From positions 112,344,001 through 112,408,000 of the forward strand of contig OZ024741.1 in the NCBI GenBank assembly GCA_964016885.1: DNA of 64,000 bases, given 5' to 3'. Below the pieces are notes generated by a model, which was not told the origin of the DNA, did no database searches, and worked only from the letters and a program-made list of their open reading frames with translations. Shown here piece by piece: positions 42,299 through 55,488 of this stretch (its first letter is position 1; every line of letters starts with the position of its first letter). The DNA comes from Eledone cirrhosa (taxonomy: Eukaryota). The position numbers and the translations under genes are program-made.

Positions 42299-42940
42299 GT
42301 GTGAATAACTAATAATCGTTTGGTACACGTGATGACCCGATGGATGTGGTGGCTTTCCCGACTGCACGCCAGGCGCTCGGGTCAATCACCCTTCCTAGCG
42401 TGCTTGGAAAAATAAATTTCCCCTTCATTCGGTAAATGAAAATACCCAGAACGGCTGTTTCGCTCTGGGGCCCTGTCAGACTTGGAATCCGCTGTGCCAC
42501 CAGTTATTAACCGCCAAACAGTACTTTTAAATTCTAGGCTTAATCATAATTTTAAATTTTATCATGCCTCCATCTATTAGCACTTAACTAAATCCCCCAC
42601 CAGTGTGAATAACTAGTAATCATTTGGTATATACGACAGCCAGTCGACGGTGGCGGACTTCCCGCTAGCACCCCAGCGCTTGAGACAGTTAACATTCCTG
42701 GAGTGCTCGGAAAAATAAATTTCCCTTTCTTTCACTAGACGAAAATACTCGGAATGTTTGACATGCCATTGTGCCTCAGGCTGGCCGGGGGTCCGCAATG
42801 TCGCTGGTTAATAACCGCTAAGCATGGGCTTAATCTTTACTCTATATTCTACCCTGAAACTTTATCATGACTATCTATAATACATTTAAACTTTTTCATA
42901 AACGCCTCCTTCTGTAAATTCTTTAACTAAATCCCCCAAC
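42299..42940. repeat. Two diverged ~300-bp tandem units with a conserved internal hairpin
   Basis: GTGTGAATAACTA.TAATC.TTTGGTA at 42299 and 42603; shared GGAAAAATAAATTTCCC and GTTA.TAACCGC.AA.CA. Confidence 0.75.
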
Positions 42941-43449
42941 CTTAAACCTAAAACTTACTTTTCTAATTTCATCTTAAATGGCATCTTTTAGCTCTAAACA
43001 TAAATTTAACGTTTCTAATTGTTAATCGTAATTTCTGACCCTACAATATACTGTGCAGACGCCCACTATATATAACTTTGTTAAAGATATATGTTTTTTG
43101 AAAAAATATTTTATGTGGCACTTTCTAGCACTTCTGACCAGCTTGAATGTAACCTGATCTCAACACTGGCCTCTGTCTCTGATGGGGTGGTAGTAGTACA
43201 CTATAAGGCTACGCCCCTTCACCAGAAGGACATAAGAAGACTTAATAATCATCACTTGAGGGCAGCAGACCGAGGTAGAAGCTGCTAAATGTTCGGCCGT
43301 CTTTTATGTCTCTGCTTTTCAGTCCCATGGATTTTGTCTATTATATTCCTTTGTTAAATTTCGAACACCTGATCTTGTCACAGGATTCATACTGAACCCA
43401 GCCACACATAAATATAAATATATACACTTATTTCATATATATATATAAG

Positions 43450-43706
43450 TTGAAAAAAATGAAAACGAAATTTCATTTCTCACTCTTAGTATGGCACTTA
43501 CTTAAATGTAAGTATGTATGTATACGTACATACATATATGTATACAGACGTACAGTAGCATGCATATATATATATATATATATACATACATATATGCACG
43601 CATCAGTTTAGCGGACGCTTATTATAACGCTGCTTTCTTCGTTTGTAAACAAACTGAACAGCCTGAATTTATGCCATACGGTGTTAAGGCAACCACGTCA
43701 CCTTTT

Positions 43707-43709
<3 letters not shown>
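43450..43709 (-). mobile_element. Additional partial copy of the 33.2-kb element
   Basis: AACGAAATTTCATTTCTCACTCTTAGTATGGCACTTACTTAAATGTAAG...GGCAACCACGTCACCTTTTTG is collinear with 33238-33475. Confidence 0.8.
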
Positions 43710-43749
<40 letters not shown>

Positions 43750-43753
<4 letters not shown>

Positions 43754-43953
43754 AAGGAATTGTGGTGAGGAACCAGATGGACCATAACGCACCAGAGTAC
43801 TCAATACTTCGGGTAGTAGAGTGGGAAATATGAAAAAGTATGACCCGACGGCAGAGCTCAAGCCGTTCGACGGCTATTTCTGGACAGAAATTTTGAGTCC
43901 AGAAATAGCCGTCGAAACGCCTTGAGCTCTGCCGTCGGGGTCATACTTTTTCC

Positions 43954-43956
<3 letters not shown>
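43750..43956. mobile_element. Fold-back element, copy 3
   Basis: Arms 43828-43885 and 43897-43956 with spacer AGAAATTTTGA; inside (TA)n. Confidence 0.8.
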
Positions 43957-43989
<33 letters not shown>

Positions 43990-44009
43990 TAAATATATAC
44001 ACTTATTTC

Positions 44010-44098
<89 letters not shown>

Positions 44099-44390
44099 GC
44101 ATTACATATATATATACATACATGCATTACATATAAACATGCATATATTACATACATATATATAGTGTTATTATTAACTCTAGGCTTACATACCAGCAAT
44201 ATCTTATCATTGCGATTTTAATTAAGTAGACTTGTTCTTGTGTCTTGTATCTATGTAGTCATTGCATGCAATATAGTATAAAAATTGTTTGACAAGGAAC
44301 ATGATTGCCATCATATAGTATATAACCAATTTCAAGTTTTGAAAGTGTCTATGTGTTTGTGAATATTTGTGTATCTATATCATTATTATT

Positions 44391-44576
44391 ATTGGCAGTA
44401 TCGGTAGAGGGTCGGACACCATGATTTGACGCATAGAGTTACGGCCCTTGCCATTCTGAGTTCAAGTCCCGCCGAGGTTAACTTTGCCTTTCATCCTTAC
44501 GGGGTCGATAAAATAAAGTACCAGTAATGTACTGGATAGTAGCTGGCCTTGTGCCAATAGTAGAAACAATTATTAT
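44391..44576 (+). mobile_element. tRNA-derived SINE (S1)
   Basis: Collinear with 1773-1958. Confidence 0.85.
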
Positions 44577-44713
44577 GTGTGTGTGTGTATATATATATAT
44601 ACACAAACACATATATATATACATAAATACGTACATACATATACATATACATGCATATATATATATATACATACATATATATATTATATATATACATACA
44701 TATATATATATAT

Positions 44714-44745
<32 letters not shown>

Positions 44746-45487
44746 TATATATATATATATATTATATGCATATATATATATATCATATGCATATATATAT
44801 ATTATATGCATATATATATTATATATATATACACAAATATATATATACTCACATATATATATGTATATATATGTAAATATGATAATAATGGAGCTGCGGC
44901 GCTGCAAATGGGTTACATATGAACAAGTTTGTCCTCATCAGTGGCCCTCCAACCGTCGTAGGCATTTCGTCGCATTAAAGGCCATATACCTCAGGTTGGT
45001 GCGAGCAACGGCTAAAAAAAGTCGTTGGGACACGTAAATAAAGGGGACGCTAGGGTAAACAAACAAAATGGTTTAAGCAGCAGAAAGTGATGAAGAAGGA
45101 AACAAGTCCCAGATTTCTATGAATATAAATTCGGTGGAATCGTGAACGAGAGAATAAAGACCATCAAACCTGGTTGAAATGTGAGCAAGGAAGGAATTTC
45201 GCACAGGTCTAACGGGAGGAAGAAGGGGTCTGGTCTGCGAATTCGGTAAACATAAGTTCTGTGAAGTTGCAGACGAGAGAGAGAGAAAAAAATTCATACC
45301 GGCTTGGCCAAGTGCCCGCGAGAAAAGGATTACGGACAGGTCAAACGGGAAGAAAGCGGAGGAGGAGAGGTAGTGACAGAGAGTGAGTGAGTGAAAGGTG
45401 AGGAAGAGGCTAACAGAGAGACTGCTAGAAAGGGTAAAGACACAAAGAACGAAACAGACTGGTGGCAGTGGAGGAAAAAATATATGT

Positions 45488-45526
<39 letters not shown>

Positions 45527-45618
45527 GACACATATATATATCTATATATATGTACATACATATACATATATATATGTATATATGTATATATCATCATATG
45601 ATGTCCATTTCCCCTGCT

Positions 45619-45650
<32 letters not shown>

Positions 45651-45737
45651 TATATATATTATATGCATATATATATTATATGCATATATATATATTATAT
45701 GCATATATATATATTATATGCATATATATATATTATA

Positions 45738-45770
<33 letters not shown>

Positions 45771-45822
45771 CCCATGCTAGCGTGGAAGAACGGACGTAAA
45801 ACGGTGATGATGATGATGATGA

Positions 45823-45861
<39 letters not shown>

Positions 45862-46399
45862 TGTATACACACACACACATATATATATACTCACATATAT
45901 ATATATATATGTACATACACACATATATATATATATATACTCACATATATATATATGTACACACACACATATATATATCTATATCTATATATATACATAC
46001 ATATATATATATTTATATATGTATAATATCATATGATGTCCGTTTCCCCTGCTACATGCACAGACATACATATGTATATCCACAAATGTGGTATGCATGT
46101 GGATGGACATTTATTAAGTTGTTTTATGTCATAGATATCCATTCATGTATCAAGTTACATAGCAATCAAGCTGATTGCTCTAACATAATAATATTTCCTA
46201 ATTAATTATTTATTCAAAAGGAGGCTCTATTTGAATTGGGTTTTAGAAATTAACTTATTTTATTCTTGTCAATGATAGGAAGTATATTTACTTACATTCA
46301 TCCTGCAATAATAAACATATTTTTACTCATTCCATATATATATTCTTAATGTATATATATTGCATAGAAAGTGGAAAGTAAAACAATGATGATTATATA

Positions 46400-46450
<51 letters not shown>

Positions 46451-46451
<1 letters not shown>

Positions 46452-46528
46452 TGGGTTATAACAAATTCCCGTCGTTGTTATAAAACATCTTAATAAAAAA
46501 AACACCGGGAATTTATGTCACAACCCAA
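46451..46528. mobile_element. 78-bp Tc1/mariner-type MITE
   Basis: TA|TTGGGTTATAACAAATTCCCG ... CGGGAATTTATGTCACAACCCAA|TA. Confidence 0.65.
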
Positions 46529-46600
46529 TATATCCTCATCATCATTTTACGTCCGCCTTTCACTGCTTGCAAGGGTTGGACAACACACACATATATATAT

Positions 46601-49600
46601 GTGAAGCCCCAATCCAGAGAGAGGAAGCACACACACACCCCTGCAAAAAGCGACCCTTCCCTACGAGTGTCGACAAATGCCCAAAACTCCGAGTTGGTAC
46701 CATCAATGTAAGCACAATGAAAGGAAGAGCAGGAGAAATCGTAGAAATGCTAGAGCGAAAGGAAATTGATGTATGCTGTGTGCAAGAGACTAGATGGAGA
46801 GGAGAGTCTGCTAGAGCCCTCGTAAGAAAAAGTCAGTGCTACAAATTCTTCTGGGTGGGAAATGACGATGGGATGGGTGGTGTAGGTATACTACTAGCTG
46901 ACAAGTGGGTAGATAAAGTAATCTCAGTGTACAGGGTAAATGCAAGAATCATTAAACTCAGACTAGTCCTGAATAAAACAATTACCACAATAATATCAGC
47001 TTACGCACCCCAATCAGGGTTGCCAGACGAACTTAAGGATAGATTTTACGAGTCCCTAATGCACACTATTGCTCTAACAAACGACAATGACTTACTAATC
47101 ATCACAGGATATTTTAACGGACACGTAGGTAAACACTGCAATGGCTTCAATAGAGTCCATGGAGGCCATGGGGTTGGCACAAGAAATAAAGAAGGATTCA
47201 GACTTCTAGAATTCTGCAACGCCAATGACATGTTGATATGTAACACAAACTTCAAAAAACCCGACAACCACCTGATCACCTATAGATTAGGGGAGCATTC
47301 TAGTCAGATAGATTTTTATCCTCATCAGAGGACATGACAGATGGACGGTCATAAACACAAAAGCCTTCCCTAGTGAGGAATGTACCTCACGGTCAGAACT
47401 AGACGAACCTGGAAACAGTGGCCAACCTGCAGAAGAAAGATCTGGAAGCTGAAAGATCCCTCAGCCAGTAACAGATTTAAAGATATTTTACTCAATGCCT
47501 ACGACATTAGAGAAGAACAGATAGAGACATTCAATGTAGAAGAGCACTGGGAGTTCCTAAAATATAACTTACTAGAGGCGACAGATGAGGTCTGTGGCTG
47601 GAGTAAGACCACAAGCAGGAGGAGAGTGACTTGGTGGTGGAACAATAAGGTAGATGAGGCAGTTAAGGCCAAGAGACAGGCATGGAAAGAATGGAAGAAC
47701 GGGGAGAGCACCGTACATTACATAGAGACCAAGAGGGAAGCTAGGCAACAAGTATACTTAGCTAGGAGGGAAGCAGAGGATAGAAAATTCAAGCATGTTT
47801 TGCAACGTTAGGACCAGAAACAGGAGGTGTTCAAGATTGCGAGGCAGTGTGTCAGAGATAGTTGTGATGTCATTGGAGAGAAGTGTATCCGGAATGATAA
47901 AGGTGAGCTTGCCCTCACAAGTGCTGAGAAGAAAGATGCATGGAAGAGTCATTATGATAGATTACTAAATGAGGAGAATGCATGGGAAGAAGAGACCCTA
48001 CCCCAAGTAGACCCTATAGAGGGGCCAGCAGTACAAGTCAGCAGCAGCGTAGTAAGTAAGGCAATCAAAGATATGAAGATGGGGAAGGCAACCGGTCCAT
48101 CGGGTATAGCTGCCGAGATGCTGAAGGTATCTGGGTCTGTAGGTCACACTATAACCACACGTATTGTTAACCAGGTAATACTAGAAGGTGTCATACCAAA
48201 AGATTGGTGCAGTAGCATCATTGTCAACTGCTACAAAGGTAAAGGTGATGCACTCGATAGAGGAAACTATAGAGGTATAAAGCTGATGGACCAGGTCATG
48301 AAAGTAACAGAAAGAGTTATAGCACAGTTGATTAGGGACCAGGTGAAACTAGATGAGATGCAATTTGGGTTTGTACCAGGAAGAGGCACCACTGATGCCT
48401 TCTTCCTTGTGAGGCAGTTACAGGAAAAGTACCTAGCTGAAAGTAAGCCACTCTACCTAGCATTCGTCGATCTCGAGAAAGCCTTTGACAGAGTTCCACA
48501 TGCTGTAATCTGTAATCTCTTAGAAAACTAGGAGTAGATGAATGGCTTGTGAAAGATGTACAAGCCATGTATAGGGGAGAAGTCAGCAAAGTTAGGATTA
48601 GCAATGAGTATAGCAAGGAATTTAGCGTACAGGTTGGTGTCCACCAGGGCTCTGTTCTTAGCCCTCTCCTGTTCATCATAGTCCTGCAGGCAATAACGGA
48701 GGAGTTTAAGACCGGATGCCCATGGGAACTCCTCTATGCTGATGACCTCGCACTTATAGCTGAATCTATGGTAGAACTAGAGAATAAATTCCAAACTTGG
48801 AAGCAGGGACTAGAAAGAAAGGGTCTCAAAGTCAACATGACAAAGACTAAGGTCCTTGTAAGTAGACGAGAAAACAGAACCCAGATCCCCTCGGGGAAAT
48901 GGCCTTGCTCAATATGTAGGAAAGGTGTAGGTAGGAACTCCATTCTCTGCCCCAAATGCAAACAATGGGTACAGAAGAGATGTAGCAGGATCTCAGGAAG
49001 CTTAATTAAGAATGTAGGCTTCACATGCAGCAGCTGTGCTGGGACAGCAAGCAGCAAACAGCCACAGGAAACAAGTACCACCAATCTCTGGGAGGGCTCT
49101 GTAGAAAAAGTAGACAGCTTCTGCTACCTAGGTGACCGAATTAGCAGCGGAGGTGGGTGTTCAGAAAGTACAATAACTAGGGTAAGAACGGGATGGAAGA
49201 AGTTTAGGGAACTACTACCACTGCTAGCTGCAAAAGGCTTTTCCCTCAGAATGAAAGGCAGACTGTATGATGCGTGTATCCGAACAGCGATGTTGAATGG
49301 TAGTGAGACCTGGGCGTTGAAGGTGGAAGACTTACGGAGATTAGAGAGAAACGAAGCCTGCTTGCTCCGATGGATGTGTAACAGTAATATACGTGAACGA
49401 CAAGCATAAATGAATTGAGAGAGAGACTGAGCATAAGAGGAATCAAATGCTGTGTGCAGGAGAGGCGGTTGTGCTGGTATGGATATGTGATGCGTATGAA
49501 GGATGACAGCTGCATAAAAAGGTGCAGAGCACTAGAAGTCGATGGAAACCGCGGAGTGGGGAGACCCAAGATAACCTGGGATGAGGTGATAAAAGCCGAC

Positions 49601-49969
49601 CTTACCCAATTACACCTCTCAAAGGCAATGACACACGACCGTGATACAGAGTACCCAACCTCCCATGGGTACAAGCTGAAGCATATAGACAATATGCCCC
49701 ACACCCCCCATCGAAAGGTGGTCGTGGAGGTGCCACGGCAAAAAAGCACGCAGTCCACACTGTAAATTGGATGTGTAGGCGCCACGAAAAAATACCCAGC
49801 ACTCACTGTAAATGAGGTTGGTGTTAGGAAGGGTATCCAGCTGTAGAAATCAAGCCAAATCAGTTCCTGTATGAGCAAGGCATGGTCAGCCGACCAGACA
49901 CTGCCCACAACAGGACAACCCGTCTAACCCATGCTAGCGTCGAAGAACCGACGTAAAACGGTGATGATG

Positions 49970-49970
<1 letters not shown>
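46601..49970 (+). mobile_element. Near full-length RTE-clade LINE, inactivated (APE endonuclease + RT + PHD-like finger)
   Basis: GTINV, CVQET, SAYAP and G(Y)FNGH (APE; catalytic D replaced by Y); YRGIKLM, DLEKAFD, GVHQGS, YADD and FCYLG (RT). Frameshifts near 47318, 48510 and 49403, stop at ~47809; UTR and (TGA)n tail between TA repeats. Confidence 0.97.
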
Positions 49971-50011
<41 letters not shown>

Positions 50012-50106
50012 ATGTAGGCATGGCTGCATGTTTAACAAGTTAACACACATTGAAGCCACATATGGTTTCAGTTTCAGCCACACTATGTGGCATCTTTGAC
50101 AAATGC

Positions 50107-50785
50107 CATCATCATCATCATCGTATTTATGTCTGCTTTTCCACACTTGCATGGGTTGAACCTATCTTTCTCAGCACGGCATATCGTCACATGTCACGAT
50201 CCTTTACCATCGCCTCTGTGATTCTCAGTAATTTTGGATCAGCTCTCACATCTGCCCAGGTCTTTTTTAGTCTACCTCTGCTGTGACTTCTACTATAATC
50301 TCTGGTTGACCGTAGAAATTGTTGAGAGCTTCTGCTATGTAGTTTATCATATTAGAAGTGGAGGAGGTTGCTTTGGAATCATAGTAACTAGAATAAGAAC
50401 AGGATGAAAATCATTCCGGGAATTACTACCGCTTTTGACAGCAAAAGGTTTCTCTCTATTAAAGAAAGGCTAGTTATATGATGTCTGTGTGTATAGTGTA
50501 ATGTTGTATAGCACTGAGGCATATGCAATGAATACAGAGGATAAGCAAAAGATAGAAAGAAATTAAGCATGAATGCTCCAGATAAAGCATGAATGAGCTG
50601 AGAGAAAATCTGTATATAAGAGGAGTTCTAGTGCACAGGAGAGAAGAAGGCAATGGCATGATCAAGTGGAGCATATGGATGATGATCGTTGGGTGAAGAA
50701 GGGCCAAGAAATCCAAGTGAAAGGAAGCTACAGTAAAGGGAGACAAAGGGAGACCTGGGCTGAGGTTGAGAGAGTTGATCTCAAA
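50107..50785. mobile_element. Two oppositely oriented old RTE pieces
   Basis: Minus-strand 3' end with (GAT)n at 50107-50292 abuts a plus-strand EIVESFCY...ETWAEVERVDLK relic. Confidence 0.7.
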
Positions 50786-50801
50786 TTGTGTACATATATG
50801 A

Positions 50802-50854
<53 letters not shown>

Positions 50855-51054
50855 CATGTGTGTATTTATTTATATCACTTTAACAAAATGAGATCTATAA
50901 AATAAGTGCCAGATTTGAAAAAATAAGACCTAGGAGAGTGCTCCAGCATGGTCACAGTCTAATGACTGAAAGAAGTAAAAGAATAATTTTTCGTCTTTAT
51001 TTTTAATTTTACTAGGTTAAATAGTTGGACTATGGTCATGCTGGGGCTTTGTAT

Positions 51055-51452
51055 TAAACCTTTTGTTAATATAGTTTTTTTCTAATGAAAAACAATACCT
51101 ATAATTTTCAAGTAATTTTGAAAATTATTTTGGGGAATTAGTCATGTAACTAATAGTTATGTTCGTTTATGTTCTGAGTTCACATCCTGCCAAGGTTAGC
51201 TTTGAATTTTATTTGTATGGGGTCGATAAAATGAAATAACAGTAATGCACTGGGATCAATTTTTAAAATTGTTGGCTTTGTGCCAAAATCAGAAACTATT
51301 ATTAAATTGTTGTTTCGAGCAAAACGTCACAAATGTACTTACATAGACTTAAAATTGAAAGTTTTCAGATAATTATAAATGCTTCAAAACAAACAGTTTT
51401 GTGTCATAATTACATGGGTGGTTTTAGCTAGTTTACTATTAAAAGAGTTAAA
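51055..51452. mobile_element. piggyBac-type MITE relic with a nested S1-related SINE (51160-51305)
   Basis: TTAAACCTTTTG ... AAAAGAGTTAA ends; GAGTTCACATCC and GGGGTCGATAAAATG inside. Confidence 0.55.
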
Positions 51453-52209
51453 TTAATAGCTGTTCTTAGTTAATTGAAGCATATAGTATCATAAAGTACA
51501 CATTAAGTGAAAAACCCCTTCATCAACAATTAAGATAAATGCCATTCTTACTACCAATGTTATAATTTCATCATCTCCTCTAAAGTAGATAACTGAATCC
51601 TATATCTATCAAAAGCTATCTACTTACTGCATTATATTGTCTAAGATCAGCTTTAGAGTTTGTTCTATAAAATCTCATTTTCCTCAAATCTTTGATTCCT
51701 TACAGATAGCTTCCAATTACTAACTACTCTTTGATATTTCAAATTAAATAATTTCTTCATAGATTACTAAATTAAGTAATCTAGATGGTAATCTTAGTTA
51801 AGTGCTTTTCTCGCGGCCATTACACAATGCCTGTTATGTTAAGTAAGAACTTGTAAGCCACGAGCTAGCTACAACACTGGTACTCTTATATATTTAGTTA
51901 TAGCAATTTTCACTTTCCTAATTTTCTGTTGTACTTTAGGCAAACATAATTATGTAATATGTTCGAATATCTAAAGCATTTTCTACATCAAAACTTGAAC
52001 ACTAAAGCCTAGGCTATTTCTTTCCAGCCATTTTAGAAGATGCATTGCCAAGTGGGTGTGACCAGTTTACACTAATTCCCCAACACTCTACTTCTTAATA
52101 GTGCTCCCTCATAGTTAGAAATATTTACAGCTATTTCAAACCTTCTCCTATTTCGTCGTCATCACCACTGTTACCGCCATTTTTCTCTTTTCCCTCCTGG
52201 AAGGCTTAT

Positions 52210-52565
52210 GGGGGCAGTGTCCTCAAGCACACCTTCCTGTGGGTCCTGTTAGAAGCAACTGTTTCCAATTGATTAGGCTGGATCCCCAAGTGAGATCAGC
52301 CATTCTCATGGATGTTATTAAACAATTTTGCTTGGGACCTACCCTCAGGTCACCTGCTGGCTGGTTTTGCCTGTAAAATCTGTCTGTTGATTCTTTCTTG
52401 AGATATTCTGACAAAATATCTGTAGTACCAGAGCTGTGATCTTTCAATATAGAGCAATAGAAACCTTACCTATAGCAACTCCCTGATCTCCAAGCTGTGC
52501 ACTCTGTCAAGTAACATTACTTCAATGAACATTCAGATGAACACCATTTTGGCTGCTTGAATTCT
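52210..52565 (-). mobile_element. Expander/Rex3-like RTE 3' relic
   Basis: Its translation parallels the 6303-6500 frame (FY.QNQPAGDL...ADL.WGSS). Confidence 0.7.
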
Positions 52566-53125
52566 TGATCAGTCAAATTCTGTAGGTCCACCTTAAAATT
52601 ATTGGATATCAGAGTGCCTACTCAGATTGTTCTGAAGATTACTTCCCCTCAATCAAGCTTGGTGACTGGCCAGCATTTAAGGATTGGAACACATATTTGT
52701 GTCACTATGAAATTATAAATATATTTTCCTTGTAAATTAAACATTGTATAATTGTTCCATAAGATGTGAGTGAGAATAAACTGGATGGTTAAAATTAATA
52801 GTCAATCATCATCATTTTTTACATGTAAAGCTTGGGTAAATTCTCCCCAGCACAACTTTTCTCCAATTGTTATGCCCCTCCCCCTCTATCTCTCTCTCTC
52901 TATATATATACACACCCTTGCAAGCAGGGAAAAGCGGATGTAAAATGAAATGAAATGAAAACACACAGTTTCAGAAGATCCCACTAAAGGTGAAAGCAGC
53001 GATTCTTTGCTTAAACTTTAATCTGTACTTATAGTAAATATTTGCTCTACTGGTTTTTATATATATTTTATATATATATAATCCTTATAGAGCACTCTTT
53101 GGATTTTAGTCTTTACATTTATTAT

Positions 53126-53167
<42 letters not shown>

Positions 53168-53454
53168 TGCCTGTATAATTATCTGTCACATGAGAACAAG
53201 AACCATGTCTGCTCACTCATCTTTCTACATCTTGCCACCCACATTTTGTCCATTACCTGGTCATCTCTGTCAATATTTATTCATCCTTGTCTATTTCACT
53301 GGACTTGGAGTGTGTTTGAAAGCTGTGTGTGCAGCACCTTTCTCCAAACAAAACGATTGAAAGAAAAAATAACATAAACTAATAAAATAAGGATTTCTTA
53401 TGTATTGTAGAGGAAAATGGCCATAGTCAATTTGTATAATCCCTGAGAATTAAA

Positions 53455-53700
53455 TTTCAGTTTGATATCAAACGACCTGAAACTGCCCCTAGTCTTATTA
53501 TACAAAACTGCTTTAAAGTGTTTATATTTATCTAAAAATCTTCCATCGTAATTTTAAGTAAGTGCCTTTACAAGTAAGTGTTCCAAACACCAGCTACATA
53601 GAGAGATAGTTAATTATATTATTAAATCCCTCAAAAATTCAAATTATTTGAAAATTATAGTCAGTATCGTTCATTAGAAATGTGGTACCTGAATAGTTAA
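53455..53700. mobile_element. piggyBac-type MITE relic
   Basis: TTTGATATCAAAC..CCTGAAACTG...ATACAAAACTG shared with 32214; ends GTTAA. Confidence 0.6.
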
Positions 53701-54978
53701 AACTGTGAAATGTGAATTAGATACTGTGAATATTTACTGTATTCCTCTAACCACTGTCTCAACTTCACAAAACCTGTCAAGTATCTAATGAAATTTATAG
53801 CTCACACCTAAGCAGATTTAGCTGGCTTCCTACATGGTCACATTGTTGTGTATTTAATGGTACATGCCTCAGTCTTATCATGGAAATATGTAAATCGTAG
53901 CTTCTTGCTCAAGAATATAATGCGCTGTCCAGTCCAGAAATCAAACCCACAATTATGAGTTCAGCACCTTAACTACTACGCCATGTGCATTCACTGCTTG
54001 AATCTACTATAGTAAATCTTATCGAAAAGTAAAATTCTAGATCAGTAAGCAGTGTTTTTGAACCTATGACATTTTATGAGACCAGCAGTTGAGTGAATGA
54101 GTCATAATGCCTCTGTCTATATCATTAAATACATGACTTTATTAAAGAAAAAGAAATTTCAGTATTTTGGGTTGGTAGCTACTGCAATGCAAATCACTGA
54201 AAATCATAAGTGTATTATTATAGAGGAAAACTAATAAAAAAGATACTTTTGAATAAACTAGATATGACAGAGGTGAAAGGAGTTATCTAGTCATGATCTC
54301 GAACAATCAGTCTATAAGGTCTCACATTCTCACAATGCATGTTCTGAAAAATAAAAATATATATATTATAAATACAAAAATTATTAAAATTAATTAAAAA
54401 AATAATGTAGCAACCATATTGCATTATGATGATTTTTTTTTCTCCTTATAAACCCATTTAGTACTTTCAAGAAAATTCTTTTATTAATTTTTCTATTTCA
54501 AGTCATGACACATGTATGAAAATGAACGTAATAATGAATGATTAACTTTTTTCGATTTTGTACGTTTTACGTATTGTTTTGCGTTTTATGTTTATGTTCC
54601 ATGTATTATTATTTAATGGCCGGGTGGAATGTTAATAGAGTAAAACAAAAACAAAAGCTTAAAAAATAAAAATCGTGTTTCTGCAAGAAAACGACTTCAT
54701 AATAATAATGAGTTGTGTAATTAATTAACCATGAATACTAATTTCAAATTAACTGAATAACATTGATTATGAAACTCTCTGTGACTTTTGAAGCATTTGG
54801 CATCCTCTAAATATATGAGATAATATGACTATGAGGTCAAGATAAAAGACAGACAGTATATAAAAAAATAATATAGCCATAAAATGTTTTTTAACTTTTC
54901 TATGTGTCTATATCACTGAGTTATATTAGAGCAAACATTTCTCTATTTGTTTTACTGATTTCAGTCATTAGACTGTGT

Positions 54979-55037
<59 letters not shown>

Positions 55038-55488
55038 TGGGACATAGCATGACTAAATGCTTAAGAAGTTGCTTCATAGTCATTAAATTGTAGTTCAATT
55101 CCACTATAAGACTAATCTAAAATGATGCAATTTTACAGCAGAACACATAGACACAGACACACATATAGCATATATTGCCTGTTACATATACTCTGAGGCC
55201 ATGGTTGGTCATTACTAAGTCAGTACTTAATTGGATCTATTTTCCTCTTAAATGTGCCAGGGGATCAAATTTTGCTTACATACATTTCAGGTTTGGCATG
55301 GCTTCTACAGCTTGTGGAGACATGTGGCTTTGTGGTTAGGTTGTTTGGTTCATGATTATAAGGTCATGAGTTCAGATCCTACCCACATCAGAAGGTATGT
55401 TGTGCCCTTGAGCAAGATGCTTTATTTAACACAGCTCCAGTTGTCTGAAGACTTATCATCCCTTTCTATATATTAATATCAAAAGTTC

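Noticed and set aside
43229-43310. Hammerhead-like fold (TTGAGG-GCAGC...GCTGC-TAAA...GCC, with outer stem GACATAAGAAGAC/GTCTTTTATGTC)
   Set aside because: At least four core positions deviate from CUGANGA/GAAA/UH; at most a decayed relic.
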